Origin: an uncultured Planctomycetota bacterium
GTDB lineage: Bacteria; Planctomycetota; DG-23; CAZBND01
Assembly: GCA_964622675.1 (NCBI GenBank)
Contig: CAZUUK010000001.1
Location: forward strand, 17,900 to 81,899
DNA length: 64,000 nt
Direction of reading: 5' to 3'
Shown: positions 46,282-54,538 of the stretch, in pieces
Layout: the number at the start of each line of letters is the position of its first letter
How positions within the stretch are numbered: the first letter of the stretch is position 1
The notes under the pieces: model-generated
Database searches by the model: none
Told to the model about the DNA's origin: nothing
The model's input: only the letters and a program-made list of their open reading frames with translations
Made by a program: the position numbers and the translations under genes

Positions 46282-48315
46282 CTAGGCGTCCTTCACGGGC
46301 TCGTAGAAGAGTTCAGTTTGTGATTTCGCATTTGCCATGACGTCGCTTAAGGAGAACCAGAATCGCTTCAGCTTTCGATCCCCGTTAAGCGGCGCCTGAT
46401 CCGCATAGTGCGGAGAATTCGGATCCCGGCTCTGTCCGAACGGAATGACTGTGTACGCCTCCGGCATGCCGTTGAAGCCGATCACGGCGGTGTAGACCTG
46501 CCCGGCCACGACGACGATCTTGTGGCCTTCGTGCTTCGGTCTGGCGTGATGGAGGCTGGGGAAGTAGACGCCGCAGCCCCCGACGGGGAATTCGCTGCCG
46601 CCCCGGCGAACAACATGGATGCGCCCCCACGTCAGCTCCTCCGTGCCAAATTCCGCAACCAAATCGTTGACGGTGTTGGCGAAAAGCGCGGCGGCCCTTT
46701 TCCTTTCTTCCCGTGAGCTGACGTCTATCTGCGCCTTTGCTTTCTCTCCGCACAGCCCAACGTACCACCAATAGAAAAACGGCATGTTTTTGCAGTGAAC
46801 CGAGGCGACCCGGTCCCATCCGCGGAGCCTCTTCGCTATTCTGGCTACGCTGCCCTGGGGGTCAGGGAGCTCTTCCTTGAACTCGTCGTAAACCTTAAGA
46901 AGCAGCTCATGCCACGACTCGCAGCCGATGACATATTCATCCATAACGAAGGCCTTCATGTCGTCGAGAGTGATCTCCGAGCGTGACTGAAGCAGCTCTC
47001 GAGCACGCATCCCCCGCAGCCCGGGCTGCTTTGACGCATTTATAGCAACGTGTGCTTGATCCTCAGCAGGCAGCCTAACGATAGCCCCGCTTGCTCCTGC
47101 CGGGTCGTTGCAGTTCATTACGTATCCTTCCGGAGGGTTATCCACCTGAGGAAGGTCTTCAAATGGGACCAGCCCTTTCCACTCAGTTTCGGAAGTCCAG
47201 CCCGGCACAGCTTTGGACCAATCGTAGCCGGGGGGACGTATGGGCACGGTGACCAGGTGAACGTAGAAAAGGTTGGCCGACGCGTCAGCGCAGGTCAGAT
47301 TGATACATCCCCTCCCGAAGCGGTGCGCCGCCTCCTTGAATTCCTCAATGTTTGTCGCTGTGTTCCTCAGATATAGCTCCTCCATGAAGTACGGGCGGCC
47401 GTACGGCGCGAGCTTGACGGCGATCGCGCGATCGCCGTCCACTTCGATCACCGGCCCGTGGTGGCTGCACATGATCTCGTGCTTGGTGACCTCGATTCCA
47501 CTGTCCGTCCTCACGGGGATTCTCTCCTCGATCACGTCCATTTCCCGCCATTTGCCGTCATATCGATAGCGGCGCGGATTGGAAGGATCGAGCTGCTCGA
47601 TGTAGGCGTCACCCGAATCAGGCCACGCTGCGGTAATTGTCCAAGCGAGGTGCTCGTTAAACCCGATGGCAATGAAAGGAAGGCCCGGCCTGGTAGCACC
47701 CGCCACCCGGAGCCTTTCTCCGTGGAGATGAGCTTCCGCCGGCACGAAACGGCCGACAAAAGGGAGGTGAGGCGCTATCGCCACCATGGCTGCATCACCG
47801 GCGGATTTTGGGCGCGCAACCGCCCATGAGTTCGAATACCCGGGCAAGGAATACAAGCCCTTAATTGCAGGATATTCGCGACCCGGCAGCTTGTTCGAGA
47901 GCACCCTGGAGATGTGCCAGGTGAAGAGCATTTCCGCGTTTGCGGCGGTGACGAGCTGCCGGGCGGTTATCTGCGGAATCCATTCAGGGACCTCGGAGCG
48001 GTGCCCCGACACATAGTCGTTTATACCTTGTACGAAGGCCTCTATGAGGCGCCGCACCTGCACGTCGCTGTTGTCCCATTCTTTCGTCACAAGATGGGGG
48101 ACCCGAAAACGCCGGATCTCAAGGTCGGTTTCCAGATGACGCGGCCCGAGCACGCTTGCCATGCTGCCGGAGTAACGGAGTATCCAGGTGACCATGTCCT
48201 CAAGATGGTCCTGGGCCTGCGCATAGCCGAAACCGTAACAGACTCCCTCGTCCGAGTCGGCTTCGACGTGCGGAACGCCGTACCCATCGCGGTAAATGGT
48301 GATGCGCTGAGACAT
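46282..48315 (-). CDS. penicillin-acylase-family Ntn hydrolase (AHL/penicillin/cephalosporin acylase-like)
   Basis: RDGYGVPHVEA alpha-chain N-terminus; autoprocessing-site-like GYSNSWAV with nucleophile Ser; about 680 aa. No signal peptide seen. ATG 48315 with G-rich SD is preferred to TTG 48336. Confidence 0.75.
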   Translation of the reverse strand: MSQRITIYRDGYGVPHVEADSDEGVCYGFGYAQAQDHLEDMVTWILRYSGSMASVLGPRHLETDLEIRRFRVPHLVTKEWDNSDVQVRRLIEAFVQGINDYVSGHRSEVPEWIPQITARQLVTAANAEMLFTWHISRVLSNKLPGREYPAIKGLYSLPGYSNSWAVARPKSAGDAAMVAIAPHLPFVGRFVPAEAHLHGERLRVAGATRPGLPFIAIGFNEHLAWTITAAWPDSGDAYIEQLDPSNPRRYRYDGKWREMDVIEERIPVRTDSGIEVTKHEIMCSHHGPVIEVDGDRAIAVKLAPYGRPYFMEELYLRNTATNIEEFKEAAHRFGRGCINLTCADASANLFYVHLVTVPIRPPGYDWSKAVPGWTSETEWKGLVPFEDLPQVDNPPEGYVMNCNDPAGASGAIVRLPAEDQAHVAINASKQPGLRGMRARELLQSRSEITLDDMKAFVMDEYVIGCESWHELLLKVYDEFKEELPDPQGSVARIAKRLRGWDRVASVHCKNMPFFYWWYVGLCGEKAKAQIDVSSREERKRAAALFANTVNDLVAEFGTEELTWGRIHVVRRGGSEFPVGGCGVYFPSLHHARPKHEGHKIVVVAGQVYTAVIGFNGMPEAYTVIPFGQSRDPNSPHYADQAPLNGDRKLKRFWFSLSDVMANAKSQTELFYEPVKDA

Positions 48316-48400
48316 ATTGCTTCCCCCGTGTGACAAGCCGGAGGTGAGAAGGCGTGATTATACTGGCGTCCTGTCTTGCTGACAAGGAGCCGCAACTCCG

Positions 48401-49270
48401 TCAGGAACGGCTGGAAGCGAGCAACGACGCAGCCGAATACGAACTGCGAACGAACGGCGCGGAAGCCACCCCTCTGAAGCCCACTTCCCTCGCCGTTTGC
48501 TCGTATTCGGCGAACTCTTTCGGAGTGACGAATCGGTGGACAGGAAGATGCCCGCGTGAAGGCTGCAAATACTGCCCGATAGTCACGATCCTGCATCCGG
48601 CGGCATACAGGTCCGTGAGGACCCTGAGCACCTCGTCGGGGCTTTCACCCAACCCCACCATAAGGCCGGACTTCACAAGGATACGCGGGAACTCCGTGGC
48701 CGCCAGTTCGAGGACGCGCAGCGACCGCTCATAGTCCGCCTGAGGCCTGACGCGCGGGTAAAGCCGCGCTACCGTCTCTACGTTGTGGTTGAAAACCACC
48801 GGTGAGGCTTCCAGCACGCGCCGCACTGCTTCCCCAGATCCCTGGAAGTCGGGCGTCAGCACCTCGACCAGAGCACTCGTCCGCGTCTTGACCGCCTCCA
48901 CGGTGCGCCCAAAATGACGGCTGCCGCCGTCGGGCAGGTCGTCCCGAGTAACCGACGTGATGACAACGTAACGGAGGCCAAGCCGTGCCACGGCCTCGGC
49001 CACGCGCCTAGGTTCGTCTTGGTCCAGGGGAGTCGGGTCGCCGCTAGTCACATTGCAGAAGGCGCAATTGCGGCTGCAGATTTTCCCCATGATCATGAAC
49101 GTCGCCGTGCCCTTCGCGAAGCACTCATAGATATTCGGGCACTGCGCCTGTTGGCAAACCGTCTCCAGCCGCAAATCCCGCAGTAGATCCCGGACCTCAG
49201 CGGCCCTCGGGTTGTGCGACAGCTTTCGCTTAAGCCAAGGTGGAAACTTCTTTGTGGCATGCTCGTTCAC
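48401..49270 (-). CDS. lipA: lipoyl synthase
   Basis: Two Cys clusters, CPNIYEC and radical-SAM CSRNCAFC; start overlaps the lipB stop. Confidence 0.93.
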   Translation of the reverse strand: MNEHATKKFPPWLKRKLSHNPRAAEVRDLLRDLRLETVCQQAQCPNIYECFAKGTATFMIMGKICSRNCAFCNVTSGDPTPLDQDEPRRVAEAVARLGLRYVVITSVTRDDLPDGGSRHFGRTVEAVKTRTSALVEVLTPDFQGSGEAVRRVLEASPVVFNHNVETVARLYPRVRPQADYERSLRVLELAATEFPRILVKSGLMVGLGESPDEVLRVLTDLYAAGCRIVTIGQYLQPSRGHLPVHRFVTPKEFAEYEQTAREVGFRGVASAPFVRSSYSAASLLASSRS

Positions 49271-49980
49271 GGTGCAGGGACCTCCGGCAAATCGAGTGTC
49301 GATCTCACCTCTCCGGCGCTCTCGGCCCGAATCTCGAGACGATCAGGGAAGTCGAAGACCAGCGCAAATTCCTCGACCAATGCCCCTCTCACGGCTTGCT
49401 CATCCACCTGCGAGCCGAGGATCGTCGCCATTGAGGTGACCTCCCGGTCTTTTATCCCACACGGTACTATCAGGTTGAAGTAATCGAGATCGGTGTTCAC
49501 GTTAAGCGCAAAGCCATGATAGGTGATCCAGCGCCTGATGGCGACTCCTATCGCCGCCAGCTTCCCTTGCTGGGCCCAGACCCCCGTGAGGCCCTTTTGG
49601 CGTCCTGCTCGAATGGAGAAGCGGTCCAACACCTTTATTATGACAGATTCAATGTCGCGAAGGTAAGCATGAATGTCGCGCGCACGCTCTCGAAGATCAA
49701 CTATAGGGTAGCCGACTATCTGGCCGGGGCCGTGGAAGGTCACGTCGCCGCCGCGGTCAATCTCCCGGAGCAGTACGCCGCGGCGCGACATTTCCTCGGC
49801 TGAAACGAGGAGGTGCTTTCGCGTTCCCCGGCGGCCTACCGTCACGACGGGCGGGTGGCTAAGAAGCACCAGATACCCGCCGCCGGAGCAGGCTACGGCC
49901 GCGGCAAGTTCTCGCTGGAGCAGGAACGCGTCGTCATAGTCGGTTTCGCCAAGCTGTATGGTGGTAAGGCTACGGGACAT
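49267..49980 (-). CDS. lipB: octanoyltransferase
   Basis: VTVGRRG, RGGDVTFHGPGQ, GVA...TYHG, PCG motifs. Confidence 0.9.
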   Translation of the reverse strand: MSRSLTTIQLGETDYDDAFLLQRELAAAVACSGGGYLVLLSHPPVVTVGRRGTRKHLLVSAEEMSRRGVLLREIDRGGDVTFHGPGQIVGYPIVDLRERARDIHAYLRDIESVIIKVLDRFSIRAGRQKGLTGVWAQQGKLAAIGVAIRRWITYHGFALNVNTDLDYFNLIVPCGIKDREVTSMATILGSQVDEQAVRGALVEEFALVFDFPDRLEIRAESAGEVRSTLDLPEVPAP

Positions 49981-51352
49981 GAGTCTGCAAACCGAGCAAC
50001 AGCTCGGCTGCCTCCATCAGAGCTTCCGCATGCGTTGGATGGGCATGGATAGTATCGGCGAGCTCCTCGACTGTGGCCTCCATCTGGATCGCCAATGCGG
50101 CCTCCGCTATCAGGTCGGTTGCCGCGGGGCCGACAATGTGGACACCCAACACCTGCCCGGTCCCCTCGTCAGCGACTATCTTGACGAAGCCGTCCACCTC
50201 ACCACCCGCATGAGGTCGCCCCAAAGCGCGGAACGGGAATTTGGCAGACTTGGGCTTGATCCCCTTCTCGGCCGCATCCGATTCCGTTAGGCCCACGGTG
50301 GCCACTTCGGGTTCCGTGAAGATGCAGTTCGGAACGACGTCCTCGTTGATTCGCGTTTCCTCTCCGGCTGCGTCATGAGCCACAGTCATCCCCTGGCGAG
50401 ACGCGTAGTGCGCGAGCAACCACTTTCCTGTTATGTCCCCGATGGCATATATCGACGGGACAGAAGTCTTGCAGCGTTTGTCGATCGGTATAACTCCCTT
50501 TTCGGTCTTGATGTCCACCGATTCGAGGCCGAGATCATCCGTATTAAGCTTGCGGCCTATTGCGACGAGCACCTTTTCCACATTCAGCGCCTCACCGGAA
50601 CCCAGTTTGGCCTCGACCCCATGCTTGCCGGGGGTGAGGCTTTCCACCTTGGTGGAGGTGTGGACGGCGATTTTGCGGCGTTTGAATCCCCGCAATAGCT
50701 GCTCAGAGAGGTCGGCGTCTACAAGCGGGAGCACGCGGTCCAGCATTTCCACTATGGTCACTTTGGATCCGAACTCCGCGAAGATTGTAGCGAACTCGCA
50801 CCCGATCGCGCCCGCCCCTATAATCAGGATGCTCGAAGGCAGTTCGTCCAACTGCAATGCCTCGTCACTAGTGATGATTTTCTCGCCGTCAATCGGGAAG
50901 AAGGGGACGCGAAGCGGCTCGGACCCCGTAGCAAGAACGATATTCGTCGCGTGGATGAGCCGGTCCTCTCCCTCGGCGGTCTTAACAGAGACTTCATTCG
51001 GATTAACCAGGCGCCCCTCACCCCGTATGACCTCCACCTTTCGACCTTTCAGAAGGGACTCAACGCCGCGTCTAAGTGTTTCGACGACCTTGTCCTTGCG
51101 CTTTGACACAGCGCGAAAATCGGCCTGAACGGCGTCGGCTTTCAGCCCATACCGGGAGGCGTGCTTGGCCAGCCCGAACACCTTCGCGCTGGCCAGAAGT
51201 GCCTTGGTGGGGATGCAGCCCCGGTTCAAGCAGGTACCGCCGACATGCCCTTTCTCGACGAGAGCAACACTCGCGCCGAGCTTAGCGGCACGCAAAGCCC
51301 CGACGTAGCCACCCGGTCCCCCCCCAACAAAGCAAATGTCGTATTTCTCCAT
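49970..51352 (-). CDS. lpd: dihydrolipoyl dehydrogenase
   Basis: GGGPGGY FAD loop, redox-active GGTCLNRGCIPTK, C-terminal HAHPT. Confidence 0.93.
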   Translation of the reverse strand: MEKYDICFVGGGPGGYVGALRAAKLGASVALVEKGHVGGTCLNRGCIPTKALLASAKVFGLAKHASRYGLKADAVQADFRAVSKRKDKVVETLRRGVESLLKGRKVEVIRGEGRLVNPNEVSVKTAEGEDRLIHATNIVLATGSEPLRVPFFPIDGEKIITSDEALQLDELPSSILIIGAGAIGCEFATIFAEFGSKVTIVEMLDRVLPLVDADLSEQLLRGFKRRKIAVHTSTKVESLTPGKHGVEAKLGSGEALNVEKVLVAIGRKLNTDDLGLESVDIKTEKGVIPIDKRCKTSVPSIYAIGDITGKWLLAHYASRQGMTVAHDAAGEETRINEDVVPNCIFTEPEVATVGLTESDAAEKGIKPKSAKFPFRALGRPHAGGEVDGFVKIVADEGTGQVLGVHIVGPAATDLIAEAALAIQMEATVEELADTIHAHPTHAEALMEAAELLLGLQTHVP

Positions 51353-51399
51353 CAGACAACTCTCCTACTCGGCGACTGCTTACAGGATTGACAGGGAGA

Positions 51400-51428
51400 A
51401 TCTTAGGCGAGACGTTGGTCGCCGTCAA
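51400..51428 (-). promoter_or_regulatory. sigma70-type promoter (TTGACG-N17-TAAGAT) for lpd-lipB-lipA
   Basis: Minus strand: TTGACG 51428-51423, 17-nt spacer, TAAGAT 51405-51400. Confidence 0.55.
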
Positions 51429-51586
51429 GCAGCTATAGTTGGGCGCCTTCGAGGAGGCCGACGGATCGCGAGTATGTGCCGGGTATCACAACCGGCCTAT
51501 TCCGCCGCTAAAGCTGAAAATTGTTCGATTTTCCAGTTCGAGTCCCCCTGACTGAGGTCCAGATGCCTGAAGGAGGGAGATTTGTC

Positions 51587-51615
51587 TTGACATGAAGGCG
51601 TGGCAAGGTTATATA
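51587..51615 (+). promoter_or_regulatory. near-consensus sigma70 promoter (TTGACA-N17-TATATA) firing toward rny
   Basis: TTGACA 51587-51592, 17-nt spacer, TATATA 51610-51615. No ORF with an SD follows for about 540 nt. Confidence 0.65.
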
Positions 51616-51621
51616 CTCCTT

Positions 51622-52163
51622 TGGTTGCTCGGCTTCAGGGCCGGGCAGTGGAAATAGATGCTCTAGTGCACGCGAGGGAACGCAAGGCGGTTTTGAAATA
51701 GTAGTGCCGCTGACTATGCGGTTTGCTGAGATAGAGGCGAAGCCGTGCTCGGAGCGATCACTGAACGGGTAAGGGTATGACAAGCTTGGCTGTCTGCCAA
51801 GAACAGCTGCTGTTAGTAGTAATTTTCGGATCGGCTGCCGCATTGTGGATCAGTAGAATGCGGCTGGCAGGATTTGCGCTGACACGTACGGCCGGAACAC
51901 AAGGTACGCGCGTGGGTCCCCGCGGTAAGGTGTGTGCTGACTGCGGAGCAGCAGTTGTACGGGGACCGGCGGGGACATGGCCCGCTGTGCCCAGCGTTTC
52001 CGGCAGATGCCGAACGAGACCTTCCCGGGCAGTGTGCCGAGCCGCATCCTGATCCAAACAACCTCGATGTCAGCAGCTATTTCCCCTCCACCTGCACCCT
52101 TGTGCACAGAGACTCAACCTTGAGTGACTGGTGCCGCACAATCCGGCAGCCAGTGTGAATATC
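51622..52163 (+). ncRNA. candidate large structured RNA or long structured 5' leader of rny (family not identified)
   Basis: Promoter-proximal, no SD-preceded ORF, open in five frames. Several hand-foldable hairpins (51785-51801, 51837-51864, 51967-51987, 52127-52154). Boundaries are approximate. Confidence 0.3.
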
Positions 52164-52180
52164 AGGAGGGGGTGAGGCGA

Positions 52181-53728
52181 GTGTTTGTATGGATGGTCAT
52201 AGTCGGCGTATCGGCGCTTGCTGTTGGGGCGGGTGGCTACTATCTCGCTACGAGGATCCAGGAGGAGTCTTCAAGTCACAGGGCCCGGAGGATCCTCGAA
52301 GAAGCAAAACAGGAAGCGGAGCGAGTTAAGAAGGATGCCTTCCTGGAGGCGCGGGAGGAGCTGTACAGAAAGAGAGAACGTCTGGAAGGCGAACTGCGTG
52401 AAGCTCGACAGGAACTCCGACAGGCCGAGCGCAGGCTCCAAAGAAGAGAGGATAACCTCGAACGCAAGAGCGAGAGCGTTTCGTCCAAAGAGGCTCGAAT
52501 CCAGGCCCGCGACCAGGAAGTTCAGCGCCAGGAAGAAGAGCTGAAGAACAAGCACGGCGAAGTGGAGGAGCTCATCCTCAGGGAAAAGCGGATGCTGGAG
52601 CGGATATCGGGCTTCAGCGAGCAGCAAGCCAAGGATATGCTTTTCCAGCGGATCCAGAGGGATGTCGAGCACGAAGCTGCGGACTTCGTGAGGCGCACTC
52701 TGGAGAGCGCAAGAGAAGATGCCGAGAATAAGGCGAAAGATATAATCTGCTCCGCAATCCAACGCTGCGCAACGGACCATACGGCGGAAAGCGTCGTCTC
52801 CGCCGTTGACCTGCCTAACGACGAGATGAAGGGAAGAATCATCGGGCGGGAGGGCCGTAACATCCGCGCCTTCGAAAAGGCTACCGGTGTTGACGTCATC
52901 GTGGACGACACCCCCGGTGTTGTCGTTCTGTCCGCTTTCAACAGCATAAAGCGGGAAATTGCTCGAAGGTCGATGGAAAAGCTGATCCTCGACGGCAGGA
53001 TTCATCCTGCAAGGATCGAGCAGATTGTCGCGGACACGGAGAAAGAAATCGCCAGAGCCGTGCAGGACACCGGGCAGCAGACGGCACTGGAGGTCGGGGT
53101 GCAAGGACTGCACCCGAAGCTGGTGAACCTGCTTGGGCGCCTAAGGTTTCGTACGAGTTTCGGGCAGAATGTCCTCCAGCATTCCGTGGAGGTGTCGCAT
53201 CTTTCCGGGATAATAGCCGCAGAGCTTAAGCTGGATGTCCAGCTTGCCAAGCGATGCGGCCTCCTGCATGACATCGGAAAGGCTCTTGACCACGAGGTAG
53301 AGGGAGGACACCCGGAGATTGGGGCCGACGTCGCTCGAAGGTTCGAGGAGAACCCCCTCGTGGTGAACGCCATCGCCGGCCATCATGAGGGCGTGGAGCC
53401 GCAATCGCTGTACACTATAATCGTCGCCGCCGCGGATAGCATCTCCGCTGGGAGGCCCGGAGCGAGAAGGGAGACCCTGGAGCGCTACATAAAGAGGCTG
53501 GAGCGACTGGAAGAGATCGCTAACGCGTTCCCCGGGGTTGAGAACGCCTACGCGATCCAGGCCGGGAGAGAAGTCAGGGTCATTGTGAACGCCGAAAAGG
53601 TTGCTGACAGGGAGGCGATTACTATCTGCCGTAACATCGCCAAGGAAATAGAGGAGGAGTTGACCTACCCGGGGCAGGTAAAGGTGACTCTCATCAGAGA
53701 GACCCGAGTGGTCGAGTACGCTAGGTAG
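52181..53728 (+). CDS. rny: ribonuclease Y
   Basis: N-terminal TM helix, coiled coil, KH domain ([15 protein letters not shown]), HD domain (LLHDIGKA). GTG 52181 (or ATG 52193) follows SD AGGAGG at 52164. Confidence 0.93.
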   Translation: MFVWMVIVGVSALAVGAGGYYLATRIQEESSSHRARRILEEAKQEAERVKKDAFLEAREELYRKRERLEGELREARQELRQAERRLQRREDNLERKSESVSSKEARIQARDQEVQRQEEELKNKHGEVEELILREKRMLERISGFSEQQAKDMLFQRIQRDVEHEAADFVRRTLESAREDAENKAKDIICSAIQRCATDHTAESVVSAVDLPNDEMKGRIIGREGRNIRAFEKATGVDVIVDDTPGVVVLSAFNSIKREIARRSMEKLILDGRIHPARIEQIVADTEKEIARAVQDTGQQTALEVGVQGLHPKLVNLLGRLRFRTSFGQNVLQHSVEVSHLSGIIAAELKLDVQLAKRCGLLHDIGKALDHEVEGGHPEIGADVARRFEENPLVVNAIAGHHEGVEPQSLYTIIVAAADSISAGRPGARRETLERYIKRLERLEEIANAFPGVENAYAIQAGREVRVIVNAEKVADREAITICRNIAKEIEEELTYPGQVKVTLIRETRVVEYAR

Positions 53729-53752
53729 CCTCCCTTTTGAAGCGGCAAGCGC

Positions 53753-54538
53753 ATGCTGACACGGATTCTCGCCATCGGAGACATCGTTGGAAGGCCGGGC
53801 AGGCTTGTCCTCCAAGAAAGGCTGCCGAGCATACTGGCGCGCGAGAAGATAGACTTCTGCGTTGCTAACGCCGAGAACGCTGCCGGAGGTTCCGGGCTGA
53901 CCCCAGCCCTTGCGGAGGGTCTGTTCTCGCTGGGAATGGACATCCTGACCACGGGAGACCACGTCTGGAAGCGACGTGAGATAATTCCCTACATTCGAGA
54001 ATCCGAGAGGGTGTTGCGGCCAGCCAACCTGTCTCCTCACGCTGCCGGAAGAGGATACGTCACCGCGAAGGCAAGGAACGGAGCCGCTGTTGGCGTCATC
54101 TGCCTTATCGGGAGGGTCTTCATGAACCCGGCAGAGTCTCCTTTTCTGATGGCGGAGGAGGTGGTGGAGGAGCTTCGGCAGGAAACGCCGGTTATTGTGG
54201 TGGACTTCCACGCCGAGGCAACATCGGAAAAGCAGGCGATGGGGAGGTGGCTGGACGGCAAAGTGAGTGCGGTTGTAGGCACGCATACCCACGTGGCCAC
54301 GGCGGATGAGCAGATACTTCCCGGCGGCACAGGCTATATAACCGACGTGGGCATGACGGGGCCCGTCGAGTCCATTCTTGGAAGACGAATTGACAGGGTG
54401 CTGGAAGCGCTGAGAACTGCAATGCCGGTACGATTCGAAGTCGCAGACGGCCCGGCAGAAATATCAGCCGTGGCGCTGGATGTGGATTCCGACACGGGAC
54501 GGACAACCGCGATACACCGTCTCCGGGAGAGGGCGTGA
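53753..54538 (+). CDS. ymdB: YmdB-type metallophosphoesterase (TIGR00282, 2',3'-cyclic-nucleotide phosphodiesterase)
   Basis: ILAIGDIVGRPGR, NAENAAGG, TTGDHVW, DFHAEATSEK, GTHTHV motifs; conserved rny-ymdB synteny. Confidence 0.9.
   Translation: MLTRILAIGDIVGRPGRLVLQERLPSILAREKIDFCVANAENAAGGSGLTPALAEGLFSLGMDILTTGDHVWKRREIIPYIRESERVLRPANLSPHAAGRGYVTAKARNGAAVGVICLIGRVFMNPAESPFLMAEEVVEELRQETPVIVVDFHAEATSEKQAMGRWLDGKVSAVVGTHTHVATADEQILPGGTGYITDVGMTGPVESILGRRIDRVLEALRTAMPVRFEVADGPAEISAVALDVDSDTGRTTAIHRLRERA

Noticed and set aside
51536-51545. T-loop-like GTTCGAGTCC that could signal a tRNA or tRNA fragment
   Set aside because: The flanking bases (TCCAG / CCCCC) cannot form a T-stem, and no acceptor, D or anticodon arms can be drawn around it.
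51622-52163. Tried to assign the long lpd-rny intergenic transcript to RNase P RNA, tmRNA, SRP RNA, 6S RNA, or a cobalamin or T-box riboswitch
   Set aside because: None of the hallmark motifs is present on either strand: no AGGAAAGUCCGGGC, no GGGG...UUCGACGG 5' end with a T-arm/CCA-type 3' end, no SRP domain IV GGAA/AGCA loop context, and no B12 box. It is kept only as an unclassified candidate.
52124-52180. GTG 52124 start for rny from the ORF track
   Set aside because: It lies inside the strong 52127-52154 hairpin and upstream of the SD at 52164. RNase Y proteins begin with the TM helix encoded just after 52181/52193.
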